A DNA stretch of 64,000 nucleotides. It comes from Planctomycetaceae bacterium (GTDB taxonomy: Bacteria > Planctomycetota > Planctomycetia > Pirellulales > UBA1268). Within the stretch, counting starts at the first letter, position 1. Each line of letters opens with the position of its first letter. The position numbers and the translations under genes were made by a program. The DNA lies in assembly GCA_021300535.1 (NCBI GenBank), contig JAJTED010000014.1:15234-79233 (forward strand), given 5' to 3'. Of the stretch, positions 56,301-64,000 are shown piece by piece. The notes under the pieces were generated by a model. The model ran no database searches and was not told the DNA's origin. It worked only from the letters and a program-made list of their open reading frames with translations.

Positions 56301-57544
56301 CGGCGGATACGGATCCCGACTATTCAGGAAGGATGCAGTGGGCCTGGCACAAAGCCGGCGATTCCTGGCGCATTCCGGACGATCGGATGGGCGGCCTGGA
56401 GATGCTGTTCTTGGACCCCCGCCTTCCAACTGTAGAGCCGTCATGGAAAAGTCGTTGGTTTCCCCGCAGCGCGGTGGTTCTACGTGCCGCGGTTGGCAAG
56501 CCAGAGGAATCGTATTTCTTGCTTCCGACACATTGGAACGAGGCACTCGCCCCGTACCAGGTCGGAAGCATTGCGAAATGGTTTGCCCGCGGCGCTCCCA
56601 TGGGTGGCGCGTTTTCAGACGGCGACGTCGATCGCCATCAGCTTCTGGCCAGCCACGTGGTTCCGGCGTTTCGTCCGCGAGATGGCATCGAGTGGCAGCT
56701 GCGGTCCTACAACTATTCCAGAGGCTCTGTGCAGGCGGCCGTCATGCAGCCCATGGCGGACTACGTGGATGTCAAAGTCGAAACACCTTTTCCCGCCTAC
56801 CAGCGCGGCAGCAAGGTCGCGATGCCAGGCCCCGCCCGGCCGTCCACGATGCCTGAGTGGCCCGAGGTTAATCGCGGCGGCGATTCTCCGATCGAGTGGA
56901 GGCGGCAGGCGCTGTTCGTCAAGTCAACAGATGCCGGCACGCCTGAATACGTTGTCCTCCGGGACACGGTAGTCTCTCGCGAGCCGAGCATGTGGCTCTT
57001 CTGGACGCTCACTCGCGGGCTCGTGGAAACTGGCGGATCTCCGTTGAAGGACGGAGCGACGAGTCGCCCCACACGACCCCTCAGCGGCAACCGATTCACG
57101 GGCCGCGGCCAATGGGGCGTCGACCTGGAATACTTTGTCGCGGAGCCGCAGGGTACGCCGAGGCACACGTTGCGCTGGGGAAAGAGCCAGGGAAACCCGC
57201 CCCCCGCGGTCGACGAATACCAGGATCTCCTGCACCTGCAACTCCCCGGCCCAGGAGCTTACTTCGTCGTGCTCTATCCGCGCGCAACCACGACGCCCGC
57301 GCCATCGTTCGAAATGCTTGCACCCTCTGTCGTTCGGATTCGCGACGCATGGGGTGAAGACGTTGTTGTCATGGGCGATGACAAGGTGCGAAGCACACGC
57401 GATGGCATCACAATCGAGGCACGCGTCGGCGTGGTTCGCCGCTTGCCCGACAAGGACATCATCTGCCTTCCCGCCGGCGGCCGCTGTCAGACCCCGCGCC
57501 TCGATGTGAAGGATAGCGGGCCGACGACGAAGATCGGGCAATAG
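53342..57544 (+). CDS. large TPR-repeat protein with C-terminal heparinase II/III-like (polysaccharide lyase-like) region
   Basis: 1400 aa from ATG 53342. N-terminal hydrophobic anchor, about 6 TPR_12-type units (53.5-54.2 kb), and EGEWFEGGHYDNVT resembling heparinase II/III. The C-terminal assignment is tentative. Confidence 0.55.
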   Translation: MSELPRYPRDRFVLRWHPIASVCVVIACCNVAAPADDHPDLAAAARTVAAMHAAGRPSAEYVIRLVELGRLYRAHGEPIRAATTLDEAVAASDVVFGREHPETAAALDNRAELAIATGDVETACTAHRRALAIRERTLGGNDPMTARSLNNLGLARLAAGDKKEAVDLLARALTLNEKHFGYEHRATAASLVNLGRAQLAAEDAHAAVVSVARARDIRSATLGGDDPRTIQAAVILARAMVASGAVADAEIALDKAYPLLVRTLGERHPDTLEALDALASATRILESRHLKQPGSEPRAKGRRRFYVREFLGIDWKDQLLSYPIEAVAGECSPQRARLSGPEGDVPVQFVDVTTWADGSIRTARACFYADLPPFRNDAYTLRFDAATEAAPAAPPARLAIARRGDRVEVRGKYLGAEFDLSPRQAEVGRSKGLPPPLVAMIAPDGSRFGGSEFFGNAVAENVTAAIVAEGPVLAEFSWRYRCRDGLAYELRATIGNRDTAVHWDMRVTGDRPNDGWRIRLNDPGDAMDFVFQKKSFSAFDSDPKVRQAGELEWVRVPLTPGLKPIGLAPWYQQYFDDQQTVVLLRSPQTAQTRYVMLRDPGVWVDPKWPRRFSEPYPARLAKSMPISVSEAGIVHLTAHCGTSLGGGVRRWTVGIARPDQTAAISKMAAETSPMPASMTLGKWREPNINDLLDNRRLDRVKDYVLRWPRSRSRPGLFATRPQIAQARALAAQLPGPAQARTFTSFDSFVDHLAATGDGPWYEPWHHDAFALVAFLRGDKTAAEMRIRDRVFHHLGLLGRIDWMRDAGIVAALYDGTVDSGVFSEAESRLLDAWMAYLCYVYADPNVTSIERGYNPGPPNITISYVLSLGVCACAIPEHPLAREWTEEVSRKLRYWLDVELGPEGEWFEGGHYDNVTLTQFIAFALAMRHAGFADLPNDPRLKRMAECLAEYATPPDPMRDGRRVAPPLGRRVAGNTWALSGLMARSTADTDPDYSGRMQWAWHKAGDSWRIPDDRMGGLEMLFLDPRLPTVEPSWKSRWFPRSAVVLRAAVGKPEESYFLLPTHWNEALAPYQVGSIAKWFARGAPMGGAFSDGDVDRHQLLASHVVPAFRPRDGIEWQLRSYNYSRGSVQAAVMQPMADYVDVKVETPFPAYQRGSKVAMPGPARPSTMPEWPEVNRGGDSPIEWRRQALFVKSTDAGTPEYVVLRDTVVSREPSMWLFWTLTRGLVETGGSPLKDGATSRPTRPLSGNRFTGRGQWGVDLEYFVAEPQGTPRHTLRWGKSQGNPPPAVDEYQDLLHLQLPGPGAYFVVLYPRATTTPAPSFEMLAPSVVRIRDAWGEDVVVMGDDKVRSTRDGITIEARVGVVRRLPDKDIICLPAGGRCQTPRLDVKDSGPTTKIGQ

Positions 57545-57631
57545 GCGCTACCGCGACCTGAAGCAGGTTTTCCCCGTCTTTGCTATCGCTTACACTTCGC
57601 CTCACCGACTCGTCGCAACGCTAGGAAAGGT

Positions 57632-58606
57632 ATGGACACGGGCATGGCCGACATTCGATCAATACGTGGACGTCCATGCTTGATCTGCAGCGCCATCGTT
57701 GCGTTCCTGGGATTTCTTTTGGCGACAGCGTCTGCAGATCCGATCCGCGGCTATCACATCGGCAACTCATTGACATGGGGGGCAGTCAGCCCTGGGTTTT
57801 CCGATGCCTTCCAATCGATCGGTGCGTCTATCCAGATGGGCTATCACATACGCTGCGGCTCACCCCTCGAAAACATCGTGGCCGATCCATCTGTCCGCTG
57901 TGTACCTGCTCCCGCCCCGTTTGCGGACTGGCACACGGCGATGACTCAATACACCTGGGATTACGTTACCCTGCAGACCCATGCCGGCACGGCTGCCGGA
58001 GAAATTCAGGCGGCAATCGACGTTGTGACAACGACGACCGCAGCGGGCCGCAACAGTGACACCCGGTTTTTCGTGTACAGCGCGTGGCCGACGCTATCGA
58101 ACTCATTGACGTACCGGCAGGTTCGTACGCAGTCTTTGACGTCCTTGGCACTGAACACGAATGCTTTCCTGGGGACGTTGCATTCACAACTCGCGGCATC
58201 ATTTCCGACGATCGACATTGGGTACATACCCGCTGGCGAAGTGCTCTTGCAACTCGACGATATGCTGCGGGCAACGCCGGTGGCGGGCCTGAACAACGCA
58301 TGGGATCTGTATGGGGATCTCTATCACCTGAATGACTCCGGAAGATACGTCGCACATGCGACGATGGCTTCTGTGCTCACGGGGACTCGGCCGCACGAGC
58401 TTGCATTTCCAGCGCTGTTCAACGGCATTGACCCAGCCTTCAAGGCGTTGGCAAACGAGGCGATCGAGAATGTCATTTCCAACGATGCCCGCGTGATGCC
58501 CCTGCCGGAACCAGAAATGCCCTCGGTGCTGGTGCTTGTTGCCGGTGCAACATGCTGGTATTTGACAAGCAAACGCGTTTACTTCGCCCGGCAATCGATG
58601 AGCTAA
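57632..58606 (+). CDS. secreted SGNH/GDSL-like protein with PEP-CTERM sorting signal
   Basis: Signal peptide, GNSLT near the N-terminus, DLYHLND near the C-terminal part. Ends in PLPEPEMPSVLVLVAGATCWYLTSKR. Confidence 0.62.
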   Translation: MDTGMADIRSIRGRPCLICSAIVAFLGFLLATASADPIRGYHIGNSLTWGAVSPGFSDAFQSIGASIQMGYHIRCGSPLENIVADPSVRCVPAPAPFADWHTAMTQYTWDYVTLQTHAGTAAGEIQAAIDVVTTTTAAGRNSDTRFFVYSAWPTLSNSLTYRQVRTQSLTSLALNTNAFLGTLHSQLAASFPTIDIGYIPAGEVLLQLDDMLRATPVAGLNNAWDLYGDLYHLNDSGRYVAHATMASVLTGTRPHELAFPALFNGIDPAFKALANEAIENVISNDARVMPLPEPEMPSVLVLVAGATCWYLTSKRVYFARQSMS

Positions 58607-58982
58607 AACCTACATGCGGTGAGCCACTGCGATGATCGCACCGACTTGGCCTACCACTTACGACCGACTCGCACCTGGTTCAACTAGACTGGCCATGATT
58701 CCTGGTGTTCTCTTTATCCGCGGCCGCGTTCGTCAAGTTACGCAGGTTCTTCGGGGATTTTCGTGGTACCGGGCGGTCGTTTCGGAGACTTCGATGGCGT
58801 AGAGTGCCGGGATGGAAACACTCTCTGCGCATTACGCCCGTTTGTTCGGGATCGATGACTCTTGGCGGGTTGACTCGGTGGCCCTTCGACTCGAAGAGCG
58901 TGTGTCCTTCCGGCAAATCTGCGAATTCTCGGCGGCGAAAGGGTTGCCGGGGGGGCCGCATCAGGGCTCAGAGCACGTCGAG

Positions 58983-59255
58983 CTAGCCGTCGCCGTAGCG
59001 TTCGGCTGTCTCGAGGCGACTGCAGAGTTCGAAAACATCGTCCTGCAACGGGCCGGGCTTGGTCTGGTTGATCGAGCAGCAGAGGTTGCCGATTAGTTGC
59101 TCGAGGTTGAAGCGATCGATCGGAACCCACTCGATGTCTTGGCTCGCTGCACAGGCTTTGAGAGCAGTCTCACTCTCTGAGAATGGATAGCCGTAGCGAA
59201 GTAGCGGCCCGCGTTCTGCCGCGGTGAGGCGCATCCTGATCACGTCGTGAGCCAT
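58983..59255 (-). CDS. hypothetical protein
   Basis: 90 aa ORF with ordinary amino-acid composition in a non-GC-rich stretch. No family recognised. Confidence 0.3.
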   Translation of the reverse strand: MAHDVIRMRLTAAERGPLLRYGYPFSESETALKACAASQDIEWVPIDRFNLEQLIGNLCCSINQTKPGPLQDDVFELCSRLETAERYGDG

Positions 59256-59361
59256 GGCGATCAGCTTCCTGGTTTCTTCCGGGGCTAGTCTACTCGTGGC
59301 CGCCTACGCGCGGCCGCAATCGCCTGAGTCAGCCTGCGACCAGGCACTCGAGCCGCCTCCG

Positions 59362-59680
59362 CTAGTTCCACGGCATCCACTCACCCGGAGCGGCGGCGAC
59401 GGCAGCGGCATGCCGCTGAAGAGTGGTCAGGTAGTCGAACGGATTGCCGCCGTTTAGCTCACACGTGTGGATGAGGCTCAGATACAAGTCACCCACCGCC
59501 GCCCCATGCTTGGTCTTGAAAAACAGTGCGTTCTTGCGGTGCAGGATCGCCTTCTTCAGAGCGCGTTCGCAGATGTTGTTGTCCAGCGGCGCACCGGCCA
59601 CGCGGAGGAACAGCGTCAGCTTCTCCCAGCGCTTGCGAAGATAGTTGACGCCGTCCCCAGCCCGGAGTTCGGCTCCACCA
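59362..59680 (-). pseudogene. IS66-family transposase, C-terminal fragment
   Basis: GDGVNYLRKRWEKLTLFLRVAGAPLDNNICERALK...RKNALFFKT...LIHTCELNGGNPFDYL...WMPWN. The N-terminal roughly 80% is missing. Confidence 0.72.
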
Positions 59681-59858
59681 GCTTCTGTTCGCTGTGACGC
59701 TTGTTAGTGCAACATACGTTCTGTAAATCGCCGGTGCGTGCCTGACCGAGGCGAGCGCAAGCGAGCCGAGGGAAGGCACGCACCGGCGGCCCGAGTTGAA
59801 GAGGTGGGCCATCGAGGTTTTCTTGGAAGTGTCTTACGCCAACAAGAAGGAACCTGCG

Positions 59859-60284
59859 ATGACCCACCAAGACGAATGCCCAGCCATCAACGACCTCACA
59901 GCCCTGCTCATTGAGCACGGCCCAGCTGCCATGGCCTCTGCCCTCGGCACGCTCATGAATCACGCGATGCAGATCGAGCGTGAGCAGGTGCTGCAGGCCG
60001 AGTCTCATCAGCGAACTGCCGATCGTCAAGGCTACGCCAATGGATTCAAACCCAAGACCCTGAAGACCCGCGTCGGCCGGCTCGACCTGCGGATCCCGCA
60101 GACCCGCGATTACCGCGACGAGAACGGGCGCCCGTTCTACCCCCGGGCCCTCGAGCGGGGCGTCCGCAGCGAGCGGGCGATGACACTTGCTGTCGCCGAG
60201 ATGTACGTCCAGGGCGTCAGCACCCGGAAGGTCACGGCGATCGTCGAGGAGCTCTGCGGCCTCGAGATCACCTCGACCCAGGTA
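59859..60284 (+). pseudogene. IS256-family transposase, 5' part (interrupted by IS630)
   Basis: GYANGFKPKTLKTRVGRLDLRIPQTRD...AEMYVQGVSTRKVTAIVEELCG. The frame resumes at 63973 as SRAAAELDE. Confidence 0.78.
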
Positions 60285-60385
60285 ATACGGCCCCCACTTG
60301 AGACCTGCGCGCCTCCGCCCTGCTTTCCCATATTGCGCCCTCTGCCTGCCGATGGGATGATGCGGCCCCCAGACAAGGAGGCCGC

Positions 60386-60481
60386 ATGGATGTCCCCGAA
60401 CGGAAGCGTGGTGATCGGCGCAGGCTTGCTCGCCTGATTGCCAAAGAATCGGACGCGGTGCAGCGGGATTGTGAACGCCGG
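60386..60481 (+). pseudogene. IS630 orfA, 5' segment
   Basis: AAGGAGG then ATG at 60386 (MDVPERKRGDRRRLARLIAKESDAVQRDCERR). Joins in-frame to 62971 once the IS21 element and one CCGG copy are removed. Confidence 0.7.
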
Positions 60482-60596
60482 TTGAAAAGTGCAGCGCGCG
60501 GCGGTCGAAAAGTGCAGCGCTGGGGATGGGTTGAATCTACTCCGGGGTAGCTGGTTGCTCCAAGGATCTGTGTGTCAGGACGGAAGGATCTGTGTG

Positions 60597-61370
60597 TCAG
60601 GACGGGCCAGAGGCCCGTCGTTGCCGCCTGCGGGCGTCCCGAAGGCGGAAGCTCTCGCCCTTCGCCTCGAGGATGTGGCAGCGGTGCGTGAGGCGATCGA
60701 GTGCGGCTCCGGTGAGCCGTTCGCTGCCGAGCACCTCGGTCCACTGCTCGAAGGGCAGGTTCGTGGTGACGATCAGACTTTGCCGCTCATAGGCCGTGCT
60801 CAGGACGTCAAAAAGCAGCTCGGCCCCTACCTTCCCGGTCGGAACGTAGCCCAATTCGTCAAGAACGATGAGGTCGAGCTGCTTGATCTGCTTGCGGAAC
60901 CGGAGGAGCTGCTTCTCCTCCTTGGCTTCCATAAGCAGCGTGATCAGTTCAGTCACCCGAAAGAACCGCACCTTCCGGCCCTGTCCGCAGGCGGCGAGGC
61001 CCAGGGCGATGGCCAGATGGGTCTTGCCCACGCCGCTGGAGCCGATGAGTAGGACATTCTCGCGGTCATCGATGTACTGCCCCTTGGCCAGTTCGAGCAC
61101 CAGAGGCTTGTTGATCGAGGGCTGCTGGCCGAAGTCGAACTCGTCGAGGGTCTTCGTCTGCGGGAAGCGGGCGGCCTTCAGCCTCCGTTCCACCGCCCGT
61201 CGCTCCCGCTCGATCAGCTCCAGTTCACAGAGCCGCTGCAGGTAGGCGAGGTGATCGAGGTTCTCCACCGCCGCCCGGGAAGCGACCTTGTCGCACTCCT
61301 GTGACATGGTCGGCAGCTTGAGTGCCTTCAGGTGATGCTTCACGAGCACCGTGCTCTTGGTCGTGCTCAT
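60597..61370 (-). CDS. istB: IS21 helper ATPase IstB
   Basis: 257 aa from ATG 61370. Walker A GSSGVGKTH and Walker B LIVLDELG. ATGA overlap with the istA stop. Confidence 0.9.
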   Translation of the reverse strand: MSTTKSTVLVKHHLKALKLPTMSQECDKVASRAAVENLDHLAYLQRLCELELIERERRAVERRLKAARFPQTKTLDEFDFGQQPSINKPLVLELAKGQYIDDRENVLLIGSSGVGKTHLAIALGLAACGQGRKVRFFRVTELITLLMEAKEEKQLLRFRKQIKQLDLIVLDELGYVPTGKVGAELLFDVLSTAYERQSLIVTTNLPFEQWTEVLGSERLTGAALDRLTHRCHILEAKGESFRLRDARRRQRRASGPS

Positions 61371-62872
61371 TCCGACACCTCCCGCTCCAGGAGCGACGTA
61401 TAGGCCGTGATGTCCGTCGGTGGAACATGCACGAGCTTCAGGTGCGGACGGCTGTCGAGGCAGAAGAGTGCGACCGGCGACTCTCGCTTGTGCTCCAGGA
61501 TCACACGGATCGTGTCGGCATCGGCGATTCCCAGGCTGGTGGCGTACTCCACCGCCGCCGACAGCTCTTCGAGCGTCGCCTTCTCGAGCAGGAGAAGCAC
61601 CCGGATGAACTCCTTCGTCCCCAAGCCGTCGGGAGTGCGCTCCATCCGGCGGCGGAGAACGTTCAGGCACTCGGGCAACTGCCAGTCGGCGAGCGGCCGG
61701 GCATAGTCGAAGGCCCCAGGCTTGCGTTCGAGGAGCGCCAGGTAGTGGATCGGGTCGTAAAAGTACTCTTTTCGGCCCCAGTGACGACGGTGCCTGGCAA
61801 TCAGCTGGTTCTCGAAGACGAGCTTCACGTCATCGACCGTCGCCACCACGGTGATCCTGCGGTGGGCGTACTTCACAGGGACGCTGTATCGGTTCGTGTC
61901 GAACTGCACCAGCGACAGGGAACTGGCATCGGCTTGCGTGATCCGTCTGGCCTCGCACTCTTGGGCCGGAAGTGGCAGAAAGGCGGTACGCTCCTCGGTC
62001 AGGAGCACCTCCTTCGTGCCGCTCTTGCCCCAGAGTTGTCGCTGGAGGTCGGTTCGGCAGCGTTCATCCAGCATCTCGTTGAGTTCACCAAGCGACGACA
62101 CCTTCGGAACGGGCACCAGGAAGTTCGCCCGGCCGAAGTCCACCAAGCACTCGACGTGCCCCTTTTCGTTGGCACGCCGCACGAGGCAGAACTGCGTCTC
62201 GAACAGGTAGTGGCTCTGGAGTCGTTGGAACTCCGACGTCACCTGCCGCTCGCGGGTGCCGGTGATCTTCGCCACGGCGATCTTGCTGTTGTCGTAACGG
62301 ATCTTGCGTGGCACGCCCCCCAAGAACCGGAACGCCCGGTTGTGGCCCTCAAGGAACGCCTCCGTGCACTCCCGCGGGAACGCTTGGATATAGAGGGCGT
62401 CGGAATGCGGCAGCGACATCACGAACAGCGCCACCTGATGCCGCTCACCGGCGACGTCGACGTAGGCGAACCCGAAGTCCACCTGCGCCTCACCCGGCGG
62501 GTGCGAGAGCGGAATGAACACCTCTTTCGTGGTGGCCTTCCACTTCTGCACGGCATCCTTCACGACCGTGTAGCCGCCGCTGTAAACCCGTTCCGCCTTC
62601 AGCCGGTCGAAAATCCGCTTCGCGGTGTGCCGCTGCTTCTTGGGTTCCTTCTTGTCCTGCTCCAGCACCTCGTGGATCCACGCCAGGTGCGGGCCCAGCA
62701 CCGGTTGCTCACGCTTCGCCTGCCGCCGATATCCCGGCGGCTCGACGTGGGAGAGCATCTTCTCCAGCGTTCGCCAGTTCAGGCCGTACTCCTGGCAGGC
62801 GGCTCGCTTCGACAACTCGCCGGTCAAAACGCGGCGGCGGACTTCCGTCCATATCTCCATGTCTGCATACAC
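61367..62872 (-). CDS. istA: IS21 transposase IstA
   Basis: 501 aa with an N-terminal HTH (ISKRAACQEYGLNWRTL) and a DDE integrase core. Confidence 0.9.
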   Translation of the reverse strand: MYADMEIWTEVRRRVLTGELSKRAACQEYGLNWRTLEKMLSHVEPPGYRRQAKREQPVLGPHLAWIHEVLEQDKKEPKKQRHTAKRIFDRLKAERVYSGGYTVVKDAVQKWKATTKEVFIPLSHPPGEAQVDFGFAYVDVAGERHQVALFVMSLPHSDALYIQAFPRECTEAFLEGHNRAFRFLGGVPRKIRYDNSKIAVAKITGTRERQVTSEFQRLQSHYLFETQFCLVRRANEKGHVECLVDFGRANFLVPVPKVSSLGELNEMLDERCRTDLQRQLWGKSGTKEVLLTEERTAFLPLPAQECEARRITQADASSLSLVQFDTNRYSVPVKYAHRRITVVATVDDVKLVFENQLIARHRRHWGRKEYFYDPIHYLALLERKPGAFDYARPLADWQLPECLNVLRRRMERTPDGLGTKEFIRVLLLLEKATLEELSAAVEYATSLGIADADTIRVILEHKRESPVALFCLDSRPHLKLVHVPPTDITAYTSLLEREVSE

Positions 62873-62970
62873 TCCTCGTGCCTCGCTCTCGGTAAAGGGG
62901 AAATCGCGGCTCCGCCGCGATTCTCCTCACCGATATCGCTGCACAGTTGTGCGCTGCATTTTTCGACCGG

Positions 62971-63414
62971 CCGGGCTACCCCGCGTTCACACGGGATCGG
63001 TTACGCAGCGTGTTGCTGGTGTTGCAGGGGCGGCAGGCATTGGAAGTTGCTGACGTCGTAGGCCGCAGTCGCAGGTTCGTGCAACATTGGGCGTACGCTT
63101 ATCGTGATGGCGGTATCGAGGCGGTGCGTGGCCGTACGGCACCCGGTCGTCAGCGACGCCTGTCACCCGAGCAAGAGGCTCGGTTCGTTGAGAGAGTAAA
63201 GGCTGGTGCAACGCCACGAGATGGCGTGGCGTCGCTCCGAGGGCCACAGATTCAGGGGATTCTGGATCGTGAGTTCGGCAAGACGTTCTCCCTCAACGGG
63301 ATCTACAAGCTGTTGAATCGTCATGGCTTCGTCTGCCTCAAGCCCCGACCCAGGCATCCCCGACAGGATCCGGATGCAGCCAAGGCTTTCAAGCGTCGCG
63401 CCCCCTTTTTGTGA
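62971..63414 (+). pseudogene. IS630 orfA, 3' segment (HTH domains)
   Basis: LRSVLLVLQGRQALEVADVVGRSRRFVQHWAYAYRDGGIEA...GIYKLLNRHGFVCLKPRPRHP. Confidence 0.75.
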
Positions 63415-63965
63415 ACAGCGTGCGGGCCTCCCGGCCGCGCACCAAAGTCCGCATCTGGTTTCAGGACGAAGCTCGATTCGGGCAGCAGGCAACGTTGACG
63501 TCGGTATGGGCTGCCAAAGGATCTCGTCCCACGGTCGTACGACAAAACGGGCGGAAGTCGATCTGGGTGTTCGGCATTGTCGATCCGGCGACCGGGTGGT
63601 CGATGGTCAGTCCACACCGGGAAGCGAATACCGCAACCATGCAGCACTTCCTCAAGGCAGCGGCCAAAAAGCTTGGCCCACGCCAACACGCAGTGATGGT
63701 GCTGGACAGAGCGGGCTGGCACACCGCGAAGCAGCTCAAGTGGCCCAAGCGCATAACGCCGCTGTTCTTGCCGCCCTATTCGCCGGAGCTGAATCCTGCC
63801 GAGCGGTTGTGGCTGTGGTTCCGTGAACACCACTGGAGCAACCGCGTCTACCCAGACGAGCCGTCGCTGATCCACGAGGCGCAGCGGAGCCACCGCCAGC
63901 TTCGTCGCGCGGAAGTCCGTTCAATCTGTGCAACGCGATGGGTCACGCGCAGGGATCAAGTGTGA
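63411..63965 (+). CDS. IS630 orfB (DDE_3 catalytic domain), -1 frame relative to orfA
   Basis: IWFQDEARFGQQ...VLDRAGWH...LPPYSPELNPAERLW. Confidence 0.8.
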   Translation: MNSVRASRPRTKVRIWFQDEARFGQQATLTSVWAAKGSRPTVVRQNGRKSIWVFGIVDPATGWSMVSPHREANTATMQHFLKAAAKKLGPRQHAVMVLDRAGWHTAKQLKWPKRITPLFLPPYSPELNPAERLWLWFREHHWSNRVYPDEPSLIHEAQRSHRQLRRAEVRSICATRWVTRRDQV

Positions 63966-63972
63966 GCCGTAT

Positions 63973-64000
63973 AAGCCGGGCCGCCGCCGAACTCGACGAG
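63973..64000 (+). pseudogene. IS256-family transposase, continuation after the IS630 insertion (runs off the window)
   Basis: agc cgg gcc gcc gcc gaa ctc gac gag translates to SRAAAELDE, in-frame with ...TSTQV at 60284. Confidence 0.7.

Larger units (their letters stand above)
60482..62966 (-). mobile_element. IS21-family insertion sequence (2485 bp) with 4 bp CCGG target duplication
   Basis: Terminal repeats TTGAAAAGTGCAGCGC (60482-) and GCGCTGCATTTTTCGA (-62966), with an internal second copy at about 60504. CCGG occurs at 60478-60481 and 62967-62970. istA-istB coding is intact. Confidence 0.88.
60285..63972 (+). mobile_element. IS630/Tc1-mariner-family element (itself interrupted by IS21), inserted at a TA
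   Basis: Ends are ATACGGCCCCCACTTGAG (60285-) and the reverse complement of ATACGGCTCACACTTGAT (-63972). TA is present at both junctions. The exact end positions are ambiguous by 1 nt. Confidence 0.8.

Noticed and set aside
58812-58910. N-terminal stub of an ISL3-family transposase (METLSAHYARLFGIDDSWRVDSVALRLEE)
   Set aside because: Only about 30 residues resemble the ISL3 N-terminus, and the similarity then vanishes. That is too short to call without a database search, so it is mentioned only as a possible fifth IS remnant.

Overview
High-GC, planctomycete-like chromosomal window with three zones. This taxonomic guess is an inference from composition, LE.R.LLA N-terminal motifs and a PEP-CTERM protein. 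(1) 1-22 kb holds ordinary genes: argD-argB, a beta-helix exoprotein, an SDR/DUF2867 protein, a CDF transporter, a Gfo/Idh/MocA oxidoreductase, an orphan MraZ, a CHAT-like protein, TauE, an ABC-2 transporter and a TPR protein. They sit in a dense population of REP/REPIN palindromic elements: 29 clear hairpin cores covering about 2.7 kb. A RAYT-like HUH transposase gene is bracketed by these elements. A second REPIN family is also present. A third palindromic element is inserted in-frame inside three coding sequences. (2) 22.4-58.6 kb is a roughly 36 kb, mostly co-directional surface-glycan locus. It encodes a Wza-like exporter, a UpxY/NusG paralog, PglF/E/C/D-like enzymes, a WecA-like transferase and ACP + acyl-AMP ligase + SDR. 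A markedly lower-GC block follows, with Wzx, Wzy, about 9 glycosyltransferases, 4 methyltransferases, a TPR/heparinase-like giant protein and a PEP-CTERM SGNH hydrolase. A toxin-antitoxin/accessory islet (31.2-35.0 kb) interrupts the locus, and several genes look broken (upxY-like, pglF-like, wcaF-like, plus the CHAT-like gene upstream). (3) 58.7-64 kb is an insertion-sequence graveyard whose nesting (IS66 <- IS256 <- IS630 <- IS21) can be reconstructed to the nucleotide. No rRNA, tRNA or CRISPR array was seen. Many long ORFs in the track are antisense or read-through artefacts of the high GC content.
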